Positions 29,391 to 37,877 of a stretch of DNA of 64,000 nt are shown here, in pieces (position 1 is the first letter of the stretch; each line of letters begins with the position of its first letter). The notes beneath the pieces are model-generated. The model saw only the letters and a program-made list of their open reading frames with translations. It did no database searches and was not told the origin of the DNA. The position numbers and the translations under genes are program-made. Source of the stretch: an uncultured virus (IMG/VR IMGVR_UViG_3300034683_000273) (taxonomy: Duplodnaviria; Heunggongvirae; Uroviricota; Caudoviricetes); the IMG/VR virus record IMGVR_UViG_3300034683_000273. One strand, written 5' to 3'.

Positions 29391-29475
29391 TGTTTTTATA
29401 AATAACATTCTTTATAGATTTATTGTAGTGGGTTTAAATAACATTGTCAATAGTTTTATGTTTATAATAATAACT
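29391..29475. promoter_or_regulatory. Switch A: leftward promoter and three 17-bp operators
   Basis: Minus-strand TTGACA(29450)-17-TACAAT; WGT..AACW sites at 29391, 29427, 29459. Confidence 0.75.
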
Positions 29476-29494
29476 TTTTTTAAGGAGATTTATT

Positions 29495-29839
29495 TTGCTT
29501 ACAGATAAGATCAAATATCTAAGGAAATCAAATGACCTTACACAACAAGAAATGGCTGATATTTTAAAAATCAAAAGGTCTACATATACAAATTATGAAA
29601 GTGGCAAAATACTTCCACCCATAGATAAGCTGGAATTACTTGCTGAACATTTCAAGGTCTCAATAGACTACCTATTAGGCAGAACCGACGACCCAACGCC
29701 TTATAGGGATATAAAAACAACCGAGGACGATTTGCAGATGATTCTTTCTAATCCTGCAATGATAAATGTTGTCAAAAAGCTTTCTTCTCTACCTCCTGAA
29801 AAGTTTGATGCGTTTGTCAAGCTGCTGGAACAATTTTGA
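29495..29839 (+). CDS. XRE repressor A
   Basis: LTQQEMA..RSTYTNYESG..VSIDYLLGRTD. Confidence 0.9.
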   Translation: MLTDKIKYLRKSNDLTQQEMADILKIKRSTYTNYESGKILPPIDKLELLAEHFKVSIDYLLGRTDDPTPYRDIKTTEDDLQMILSNPAMINVVKKLSSLPPEKFDAFVKLLEQF

Positions 29840-30227
29840 TGGTTTCATACTTTCCTCCTTTCCGGGGTTGTTAATTACTTAATTTCAAAATGATACAAGT
29901 CAAAATGTTCCATTTGGAAACTCTTTATATTGCAATTATAGTTTCTTATAGAAACATTGTCAACAAATTTTTGTTTACTTTCGGAACTTTTTTTATGAAG
30001 GATGTACACCTATGATTAATGAACGCTTAAAAAACCTAAGAAAACACTATAATAAAAAGCAAAATGATATCGCTGAATACATTGGTGTTGCTAGGTCTAC
30101 CTATACAAATTATGAAAATGGAAATAAAAATCCACCTTATGAGCAGTTAATTAAAATTGCTGAATTTTATTCTGTCTCCGTAGACTACCTATTAGGCAGA
30201 ACCGACGACCCAACGCCGTATAGGGAT
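29664..30227 (+). repeat. 47-bp direct repeat (1 mismatch) shared by both repressor genes
   Basis: tagactacctattaggcagaaccgacgacccaacgccKtatagggat at 29664-29710 and 30181-30227. Confidence 0.9.
29906..29988. promoter_or_regulatory. Switch B: leftward promoter and three 17-bp operators
   Basis: Minus-strand TTGACA(29963)-17-TATAAT; WGTT-N9-AACW sites at 29906, 29940, 29972. Confidence 0.75.
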
Positions 30228-30401
30228 GTTGACAGTGATTTGAATGGCTCACCTGACGAAGAGCTCAAGCAGCTGCTCAACGATCCAGAGATGAGAGTAG
30301 CTTTTATGGATTACTCTTCCTGGACAGACGAGGACAAAAGGGAGCTGATTAACTTTATTAAGTTTAAAAAGTCTCAAAGAGAGATGAAGGAAAATAAATA
30401 A
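30012..30401 (+). CDS. XRE repressor B (CI/ImmR-like)
   Basis: QNDIA..GVARSTYTNYENG..VSVDYLLGRTD. Confidence 0.9.
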   Translation: MINERLKNLRKHYNKKQNDIAEYIGVARSTYTNYENGNKNPPYEQLIKIAEFYSVSVDYLLGRTDDPTPYRDVDSDLNGSPDEELKQLLNDPEMRVAFMDYSSWTDEDKRELINFIKFKKSQREMKENK

Positions 30402-30461
30402 AACAAGAGGTGTATTATGGGTTTATATTTGTTACATTTATGTAAAAAATAGGCAAATGCA

Positions 30462-30489
30462 TTGACATATAACCTATATGTTATATAAT
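30462..30489 (+). promoter_or_regulatory. TAC operon promoter with palindromic operator
   Basis: TTGACA-16-TATAAT overlapping atataac-N6-gttatat. Confidence 0.75.
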
Positions 30490-30506
30490 GTGATTAGGAG
30501 GAACAC

Positions 30507-30920
30507 TTGGGAATATTAGGTAATATTGTTTATCCAGAAGAATTTAACCACGATAGTATATTAGCCCATCTTAAACAAGAAGATGAATTAAAAATACTAC
30601 TTGAAGACTCCGGACTAAAAACAGCTTTCTTAAAAAGATACAGACAACGACTAAAATTTCTAAGTACTCACTTAGATACTTTTTTTCACAAATCTGAGTG
30701 GTACGAAAGTCTTAAAAACGTAAATAATATGTACTCTATGAAAATCAAAGGTTTAGATAAAAACATTCGAATTTTATTTTGTCTTTGGAAAATAGAAAAC
30801 AGGCAAAAAATAATATTATTAACAACTTTTGAAGAAAAAAAGAGCAGCGATTATAGTAAATATATTGTTATTGCTCAACAAAGAATAGAAGAGTTAGTTA
30901 ATATGGAGGAATTACAATGA
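30507..30920 (+). CDS. RelE/HigB-like toxin
   Basis: ESLK...MYSMKI...NIRILF...IILLTTFEEKK..DY...I..A..R pattern; toxin-first order. Confidence 0.75.
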   Translation: MGILGNIVYPEEFNHDSILAHLKQEDELKILLEDSGLKTAFLKRYRQRLKFLSTHLDTFFHKSEWYESLKNVNNMYSMKIKGLDKNIRILFCLWKIENRQKIILLTTFEEKKSSDYSKYIVIAQQRIEELVNMEELQ

Positions 30921-31279
30921 AAAAAAATTTATTAGTTAATCCCATGGATTGGGTTAACAAAACATTAAATGATGAAGATTTATCTCTAGATGATCTTCTC
31001 TATGATTTATCTGTTGCCATAATTGATTATAGAATCAAAAACAACCTAGACCAAAAATCATTAGCAGCAAAATTGAACGTATCTCAAGCAATGGTATCTA
31101 AATACGAAAGTTGTGAATATAATTTTTCAGTAGAAAAACTGGACGATATAGCAAAAAAACTTGACCTAAAGCTATCTATAAGCCTACAACCTAAAGAATG
31201 TAATGGTAAAGAAGCAGTTAAATCTCATTGGAGTAAATCCCATAATTCTAATTCTAAAGGTAGTGAACATATAGCATGA
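30917..31279 (+). CDS. HigA-like HTH antitoxin with disordered C-terminal tail (ChAD-like)
   Basis: IIDYR..LDQKSLA.KLNVSQAMVSKYES..YNFS; polar tail KSHWSKSHNSNSKGSEHIA; ATGA overlap. Confidence 0.8.
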   Translation: MKKNLLVNPMDWVNKTLNDEDLSLDDLLYDLSVAIIDYRIKNNLDQKSLAAKLNVSQAMVSKYESCEYNFSVEKLDDIAKKLDLKLSISLQPKECNGKEAVKSHWSKSHNSNSKGSEHIA

Positions 31280-31734
31280 TTAAATCAGATGATGTATACG
31301 CAGATTTTCAATATATTTTTCACAGAGTAAAGAATGTTTCTTTTTCGTTTCCACCAGAAAAATGCGATTTAATAGATTGTAACACTGAATATGACTATGA
31401 TTATTTCATTAACGAAGATGCAAAAGATACTCACGAAGGGACAATAACATTAATAATTCGTATTACCGATAATGAAAATGAGATTTTAATGTTTGCAATT
31501 GAAGGTTTTTTTATTGGGAATATGGAAGTTTTAGATAAAGCAGAATTTGTTAAATTTCTCGAGATTAACGGCATAACAACATTAATCCAATTATCAAGAA
31601 GCATTATATTAAGTATGACTTCAAACTTTGGAATAAATAAATCTTTTAAACTTCCAATGATAAATGTGCATCGACTAAATATATTAAAGAACAATAGTTT
31701 AAAACAAAAGGAGAATGAAAACAAGCTAAAATAG
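31276..31734 (+). CDS. SecB-like chaperone
   Basis: I.GFF...NG..L..L.RS.I.SMTS..G...LPMINV SecB-type C-terminus; ATGA overlap. Confidence 0.8.
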   Translation: MIKSDDVYADFQYIFHRVKNVSFSFPPEKCDLIDCNTEYDYDYFINEDAKDTHEGTITLIIRITDNENEILMFAIEGFFIGNMEVLDKAEFVKFLEINGITTLIQLSRSIILSMTSNFGINKSFKLPMINVHRLNILKNNSLKQKENENKLK

Positions 31735-31798
31735 TTTTAAAGGGAATATATCGGGGCGCATTAAAGGAAGGCTTGAAAATATAATTTCACAACAAAAC

Positions 31799-31834
31799 AA
31801 AACCCCATTCATTATTTTTGAGTGGGGTTTTTAT
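31799..31834 (+). terminator. Terminator after TAC operon
   Basis: aaaccccattca/tgagtggggtttt hairpin. Confidence 0.7.
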
Positions 31835-31857
31835 TACAAAATTCACGGAGGATTATT

Positions 31858-32196
31858 ATGAATAAATGTAATTTAAAATATCTAAACGAGAGTTACACTA
31901 TACATGAAGAAAAAAAAGATTTTTTTCATCTTTATAAATTTTATTGTAACCATGAAAACAATGATTTCTATACCCTAGTCTATATTAGCAATCAAGTTAT
32001 GGTTAGTAATAAAATAAAATCAGCTGATTTTATCAAAATAGCTTACGATTTTGCTGTTAATTATATTTCTAATAATCAATTTATAGAAAACCCCGAAGGT
32101 TATTACGAAAAGCAACTTTGGATTAAAAAGTCTAGTGATTACGATTTTAACGAAACAAATGTAGAAGAGTTAGTAATTCCACCTGTCGATTTATAA
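31858..32196 (+). CDS. Hypothetical protein (start refined to ATG with GGAGGA RBS)
   Basis: AT-rich ORF in accessory slot. Confidence 0.55.
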   Translation: MNKCNLKYLNESYTIHEEKKDFFHLYKFYCNHENNDFYTLVYISNQVMVSNKIKSADFIKIAYDFAVNYISNNQFIENPEGYYEKQLWIKKSSDYDFNETNVEELVIPPVDL

Positions 32197-32220
32197 AAAA
32201 TATATCTTAAGGAGAATTTC

Positions 32221-32892
32221 ATGCAAGCATATTATCTGCTAGATTTAGAATATTTTAATGCAACCGATAAAATTATCACAACAACAAATCAGCTTGGTAT
32301 AAAAGACATAACAAATGATCGCTCTAGAACCTTTATAGAAAAGAAAGAAGATCAGTTATTAAAAGGATATATATCTTACAAACTTATTTGCGAAATAAAA
32401 AAACATCAAAAAATACGTCTTTATGAAAATTTTTTTGATGAGTTTATAGAAATAAAAGAAAAAATATTTTATTATGATACGAAAAAATGTATCGGGATTA
32501 TTCGTTCTCCCAAAGAAGTTTATAACCAATTCTGTGCCGACTTTGACTCTTCAACTTCTATTAAATTCAAAAAAGTAGAAACTGATTTCAAATATATAAT
32601 AGAACATAAAAATTCTAAAAACATAGCTGGTATTTGGCTAGGTGAAATACCAGATGTCAATTTAAAAACACTTGGCTTAATCGGTACTCAAATTAATTCA
32701 TCTAATACATATACAGAAATGCTAAATAATGGTGCATCTATTAAAAACATAACAATTATATATAAATATAATAATTCTGACATTAAAATAATGCTAACTT
32801 CTGATGGCGGGATTGTTTTTTATAAACACGAAGAAGAAAGTGTGTCCTTACCTATCATTAATAACATCTATGATAACCTTTTGAAAAAATAA
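32221..32892 (+). CDS. Hypothetical soluble protein, candidate defence component
   Basis: 223 aa, AAGGAG RBS, AT-rich; 3' end overlaps convergent gene. Confidence 0.6.
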   Translation: MQAYYLLDLEYFNATDKIITTTNQLGIKDITNDRSRTFIEKKEDQLLKGYISYKLICEIKKHQKIRLYENFFDEFIEIKEKIFYYDTKKCIGIIRSPKEVYNQFCADFDSSTSIKFKKVETDFKYIIEHKNSKNIAGIWLGEIPDVNLKTLGLIGTQINSSNTYTEMLNNGASIKNITIIYKYNNSDIKIMLTSDGGIVFYKHEEESVSLPIINNIYDNLLKK

Positions 32893-33599
32893 AGCGTTTT
32901 TTCAATATCTTTTTTAATACTTATAATATTATTATTGCTAAAACTTATGTTGTTATTCATTATTTTAATCAAAGTATCATTACTCCCAAAAAAACTAAGT
33001 TTCAAATTCTTTTTATGAAATGGTTTGAACATAATATATACAAAAGGATTACTTATATTGTCTCCTAAATCATCTTTATACTCTATATCTATTTCTATTT
33101 TTTCATCTATAATTTTAGCATCACAGTTTGTAAATGTTTTTGTATATCTCTGAATAATATCGCTTGCAAAATTATAAAATTGCTTCATAGACATTTTCGA
33201 ACTCATTTCTATGTATATATTTTGATTTTCCACATCATATTTAGCTACAAAATATGATGTTTTATCATGTAAAAATTCATACTGATATATATATTCTCCA
33301 AAGTTTTCTCTAATTATCCTACAATCTTCAGTAAAAATACTCATTATTTTTTTAAAATACTTTTCATCAATTTCAGAATTTACAATTATTTTCAACCTAG
33401 TTTTAACATTTTTAGCTTTCCATTTTGCTATCTTTATAAATATATCGGGCTTATAATAAACACGAGTCAAAACGAGTGCTAAAATCGGAATCAATGCATT
33501 TATAAAATTTTGGATTATAGGATTTGTAAATATAGTAATGTTGATAAAAGTTATTGCCGTTACTAACAAAATACTTGATATAGTATAAATATCACACAT
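32868..33599 (-). CDS. Hypothetical protein with two N-terminal TM helices
   Basis: Two hydrophobic segments in the first 45 aa then a globular domain. Confidence 0.6.
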   Translation of the reverse strand: MCDIYTISSILLVTAITFINITIFTNPIIQNFINALIPILALVLTRVYYKPDIFIKIAKWKAKNVKTRLKIIVNSEIDEKYFKKIMSIFTEDCRIIRENFGEYIYQYEFLHDKTSYFVAKYDVENQNIYIEMSSKMSMKQFYNFASDIIQRYTKTFTNCDAKIIDEKIEIDIEYKDDLGDNISNPFVYIMFKPFHKKNLKLSFFGSNDTLIKIMNNNISFSNNNIISIKKDIEKTLYFFKRLS

Positions 33600-33785
33600 T
33601 ATTTTTCCCCCTTAAATACATAATTATAACATGGATAAAATAAAAATAAAATTGAATTTAACTAAAAAAATCGAATGATTAATTTCATGTATAATTAATC
33701 AACATTTAACTTTTCTTTACATAGAATATTTGTTCTGATATAATTTATTTTATCATATTATTTGTTGTTTTAAAAGGGGTTAAAT

Positions 33786-34295
33786 ATGTATTATAATATG
33801 CTCAAAGAATCTATTTATCTTATAACCGAATATGAACTATTCAGCTTTCCTATCCAACTCCACGAGCTGGAGCAGATCTTCACAGACAAAGGTATTGAAA
33901 CCTTGCTTTCAAAACATATTAAAAAACCTTTTGTTATCTGTGAATCCATATCAATTCCTTATTATTGCTCTTCTAAAGAATATAGAAGCAGCTTATGTCA
34001 TGAAGCAGCTCATTTTCTTTTTCATGACACTAATTCCTTTTTTAAATCCGAAATAATTAACATTAAAAATGAAGCTCAAGCAAATGCCTTTGCTGCTTAT
34101 TTTCTTATGCCTGTATACATATTTGAAGAGTCTTTTAGATATTGTAGCAATGATTATGAGCTTGCCGAGGAATTTGGAGTTACAGAGGAGCTTGTTAGAT
34201 TTAGAAAAAAATTGACACAAGCACTTATTTATGATGGTTACTTTATTAATAATAATTTTGAGGAGGAAAACGAAAATGAAAAGAATGCGGTATAA
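33786..34295 (+). CDS. ImmA/IrrE-family metallopeptidase (antirepressor)
   Basis: HEAAH, E.QANAFAAYFLMP, LAEEFGVT. Confidence 0.9.
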   Translation: MYYNMLKESIYLITEYELFSFPIQLHELEQIFTDKGIETLLSKHIKKPFVICESISIPYYCSSKEYRSSLCHEAAHFLFHDTNSFFKSEIINIKNEAQANAFAAYFLMPVYIFEESFRYCSNDYELAEEFGVTEELVRFRKKLTQALIYDGYFINNNFEEENENEKNAV

Positions 34296-34325
34296 AAGAA
34301 CATTCCAAGAAAGGAGGCGTTTGTC

Positions 34326-35612
34326 ATGGCTGGTCATGTAAGAAAAAGAGGTGGTAACTGGTATTATTCTTTTGAGGCTTCTACTATAGATGGAAAAAGA
34401 AAAAGAATTGAAAGAGTTGGAGGGAGAACTAAAAAAGAAGCAGAAGCTGCACTAAGAAAAGCAATTGAAGAATATAATAATGCAGGAGTATATTTTGAAC
34501 CAAGCGAAATATCTTATGCCGATTATCTTGACTACTGGTTTGAAAATTACGTGAAAATTAATTTAAAATACAACACTCAGCTTGCCTATTTAAATATAAT
34601 TGAAAATCATCTCAAGCCTGACCTTGGAATGTATAAGCTTAAGTCTTTGACCCCAACTGTAATTCAAGAATTTGTTAACAATAAATTTTTACAGGGCTAT
34701 AAAAAAACACATCTTGTTAATATAACATCCACCTTATCCGGTTCTTTGAAGTATGCCGTAATGCCCGGAAAGCTAATTAAGGATAGTCCTGCTAACTATA
34801 TAACTTATCCAAAATATGATCATTCGAAATCCGAAACAAATAGAACGGTCATATCCATCAAGGACTTCACAACAATCACTGACAGATTCAAAGGAACACC
34901 TTACTATTATGCTTTAATGATAGGATTTTATACCGGCTTAAGAATAGGTGAAGTATATGGTCTTACCTGGGATAATATAGATTTAACAAACAAGACTTTG
35001 ACGGTCGAAAAAATTATTTATAAAAGAAATTACGGAGTAGATGTTAGAAAAGTCTTAAAAGAAAAAGGCAAAAAAGAAGAAAAATCTGCCTGGTATTTTG
35101 GCTCAACTAAAACCTATAGCTCTAAGCGAACTATAAAAATCGGAGATGCTTTGATTAAAGATTTAAAAAAATATAGAAAATGGCAGATTGAAAATGAATT
35201 AACCTATGGAGAGTATTATACAAATTACTATTTAAAAGAAGAAAAGGACGAAAAGAACAACATTATCCAACGGATCATACCTGTTGAGAAAAGCGTGCCT
35301 TGTGCTCTGCCTACAGCAAATTTATTAATAAGAAAAGAAAACGGAGAGTTTTCATCTCCAGATTCATTTAAATATGCTTCAAGAGTAATTCATTACGAAT
35401 TAAACCTTGATTTCAATTTCCATTCTTTAAGGCATACTCATGCGACTATGCTAATTGAAAATGGGGCTAACATTAAAGATGTTCAAATAAGATTAGGTCA
35501 TTCAGATATCGAAACAACTTTGAACACTTATACACATCCAACCGAAAAGATGGCAGACCGATCAGTTGAAATTTTTGAGAATGTCATAAATGGGAATTTG
35601 CCAACGAAGTAA
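34326..35612 (+). CDS. int: Tyrosine integrase
   Basis: TGLRIGE, K, FHSLRHTHAT, LGH, TY catalytic motifs; N-terminal arm-binding domain. Confidence 0.95.
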   Translation: MAGHVRKRGGNWYYSFEASTIDGKRKRIERVGGRTKKEAEAALRKAIEEYNNAGVYFEPSEISYADYLDYWFENYVKINLKYNTQLAYLNIIENHLKPDLGMYKLKSLTPTVIQEFVNNKFLQGYKKTHLVNITSTLSGSLKYAVMPGKLIKDSPANYITYPKYDHSKSETNRTVISIKDFTTITDRFKGTPYYYALMIGFYTGLRIGEVYGLTWDNIDLTNKTLTVEKIIYKRNYGVDVRKVLKEKGKKEEKSAWYFGSTKTYSSKRTIKIGDALIKDLKKYRKWQIENELTYGEYYTNYYLKEEKDEKNNIIQRIIPVEKSVPCALPTANLLIRKENGEFSSPDSFKYASRVIHYELNLDFNFHSLRHTHATMLIENGANIKDVQIRLGHSDIETTLNTYTHPTEKMADRSVEIFENVINGNLPTK

Positions 35613-35658
35613 ACTCACCGTTGGCAAATCGTAGGAAATTCAAACTAATTATCTATTT

Positions 35659-35721
35659 TCAATCTTTATAGCCATTGGAAATACTTGATAAAAAGCAAAC
35701 TACCTCCACATGGCTTGTCTG
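35659..35721 (-). pseudogene. Second displaced rlmD-type 3' end (QTSHVEVVCFLSSISNGYKD*), junction of the two prophages
   Basis: CAG ACA AGC CAT GTG GAG GTA GTT TGC matches the (DMFP)xTxHVExV motif. Confidence 0.75.
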
Positions 35722-35829
35722 GATGGGCTGAATTTCTTTGCTATTTTTACGAGCAAGGGAATATACCCACAGCCATTTTTACACTTTTTCTGTTTAAGGG
35801 AATATTTCCATTAAACAGAACTTTTCTTT

Positions 35830-36273
35830 CTAAATGTTTATTGCTGTCAAAGCCTGTTCTGTAGCTGAAATATCTTTTTCAATCAATGGACGCATACTTT
35901 CCTTGTATTTTGACAAATCCGCACTATGTAGAGCAGATAATATCATTGGAATATATTGTGGCTTCGATTGCCCCACTTGGGCGAGGGCTTGGATACATTG
36001 TCTGGCAGTAATCGGTTTTTCATCTGTGATATGAATGAGAAAATCCGATATGATAGAATCGAAACGATTTTCATCATCCCACTGTGCATTTGCAGCAAGA
36101 ATATATATCGCCCTATTTCTTACCAGTGATTTGGGATGATTGAGTAACGATGCAACCTCATCAAAATGCCTATACCATTCGTCTGTTTCTTGACTTTCAG
36201 ATATAATTCTATCCGCAATAGCACACGCATATTTATCATCTTTTGATGTCAATTTTGCAATTATATCCTGCAT
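35830..36273 (-). CDS. HEAT-repeat-like hypothetical protein
   Basis: SLVRNRA..LA.NA.WD..DEKPITARQCI. Confidence 0.65.
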   Translation of the reverse strand: MQDIIAKLTSKDDKYACAIADRIISESQETDEWYRHFDEVASLLNHPKSLVRNRAIYILAANAQWDDENRFDSIISDFLIHITDEKPITARQCIQALAQVGQSKPQYIPMILSALHSADLSKYKESMRPLIEKDISATEQALTAINI

Positions 36274-36306
36274 ATATACTCACCTCCAGAAACTTCAAAT
36301 TATCTC

Positions 36307-37845
36307 TTACTCTACAGGTTGGTCAAAATTCTCATCGGTACACTTACGAATGATTCTCTTTGTTTTTTCAATAGGCAAAGGAACATTTTCTTCACTGAAA
36401 TATTCAATGTTCACGACCTCTACAACAGCCTTGTGATTATCCTTACCTGCAGGCACAAGCACAAAATCACCGATTTCTATGCTGTCATCCTCGGTCATAT
36501 AATAATAACTTTTGTATCCTTCATCAAAGGTGACACTACAAAAGATGTATTCTGATTTGCGACGTTTTGCTTTGCCGTAGACTGATGGGTCAAGAATTTC
36601 TCCCAAACCATAGAACCGAATGAAACCAAACACCGTTTCCGCAAAATCCGCAAAGTCCTCCGGCAGACCGTTTTTATCGTAGCTGCCCGTGATGGTACGG
36701 CTCGGATTTTTCTTATACTCGATTGTTATGGTGTAATCCTTTGTTTCGTTTGGTGTTTCTATCACATCATCGGGATTTCCTTCAATGTGAGTAAACAAGT
36801 CCTCGGCATCGAAATTTTCAAGCAGACTCTCGATTCCGCCTTCGATTTCATACTTGCGAAAAACCTTACATCCAGTGCCAATATTCTGAATATGCTCCAA
36901 TGTTTCCGTGGTTCTATCGATAATCAAATGCTCGGTATAATCCCAGGTTACAAATTTCCAATCTGCATCTTCCGGTTTGTGTCGTGGTTCAATTTTTGTC
37001 AGCCTGTGGTAATCTAAGGTGACTTTTGTTATCACATCCGGTTTGCAGTTTCCATCAAACACATACAAATCATCCATACCAACGGTATCACGGACAAGGT
37101 CTGATAAATCTGTACCTTCATAGTCGAAATCAGCACACAGAGAACCTCTGAATCTATATGCGACACCATCGGTATTGGTCAGTTCCATGACCCAATCACC
37201 AATATCTGTTGCAAAAATTTCTGTATACTCGTTGCCGAAATAAGTTTCGATTGCTTCAAACAACTTGTCTGCCGCCGACTTATCAATTTTGAAATTCTTA
37301 CTTCTGGCTTTCTCGTATCGTTCTCCGTCACAACCAAAATTATATCCAGAAAACCAAACACGGCCTTCATTATTGATGGTCAGATGCTGTTCTACCTCTT
37401 CATCCGGCTCTGGCATAGGACCATAGCAGATATTATTTGATACGATACGCATCTTCTTTAGTGTGCCTTGAAATATAAAAGGGTTCTCCCCGGACAGCAA
37501 TGCCAGCCTGCTTAATGCCAGGATAAACCATGCACGGTTTTCCGGCTCCAAGATTTCTGCACCTGTGTATGCCCAATGATTGAAATATCGCCATTGGGAA
37601 TAGATTGCAGAGCCAAGCAAAGGAATATCGGTCACATCATCGATAATCCTGTCCAAAGCCTCATGATTGTTTGCAGCGTTGCCGTATCTCTCTGAAAAGG
37701 CATGACCACAGTCCATCTCAAAACCAAGAGCATCGCAATCGTCAGCCATATAGTGGTCAACGAGTTCTATGTAGTTGATATGCTGGTCTCTGAACTTCTC
37801 GCACCATTTCACAGCGAAATCGTGTATCTGTTTCATCTCAGCCAC
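36307..37845 (-). CDS. Multi-domain acidic hypothetical protein
   Basis: 512 aa, GGAGGT RBS; C-terminal CSV.F...K.YYY..IGD.VLVP.G domain. Confidence 0.65.
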   Translation of the reverse strand: MAEMKQIHDFAVKWCEKFRDQHINYIELVDHYMADDCDALGFEMDCGHAFSERYGNAANNHEALDRIIDDVTDIPLLGSAIYSQWRYFNHWAYTGAEILEPENRAWFILALSRLALLSGENPFIFQGTLKKMRIVSNNICYGPMPEPDEEVEQHLTINNEGRVWFSGYNFGCDGERYEKARSKNFKIDKSAADKLFEAIETYFGNEYTEIFATDIGDWVMELTNTDGVAYRFRGSLCADFDYEGTDLSDLVRDTVGMDDLYVFDGNCKPDVITKVTLDYHRLTKIEPRHKPEDADWKFVTWDYTEHLIIDRTTETLEHIQNIGTGCKVFRKYEIEGGIESLLENFDAEDLFTHIEGNPDDVIETPNETKDYTITIEYKKNPSRTITGSYDKNGLPEDFADFAETVFGFIRFYGLGEILDPSVYGKAKRRKSEYIFCSVTFDEGYKSYYYMTEDDSIEIGDFVLVPAGKDNHKAVVEVVNIEYFSEENVPLPIEKTKRIIRKCTDENFDQPVE

Positions 37846-37877
37846 TGTGGTACACCTCCAATCTATTTACTGTTACT

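Larger units (their letters stand above)
95..35712. mobile_element. Prophage 1, tyrosine-integrase siphovirus with A118/SPP1-like morphogenesis genes, apparently complete
   Basis: Full module order lysis-tail-head-terminase-replication-immunity-integrase; bounded by degenerate CAYGTNGAG cores (95-103 and 35704-35712) and arm-like repeats. Confidence 0.9.

Noticed and set aside
30417..30452. 11-codon ORF with RBS after repressor B
   Set aside because: Probably the stub of a gene displaced by the TAC cassette; too short to support
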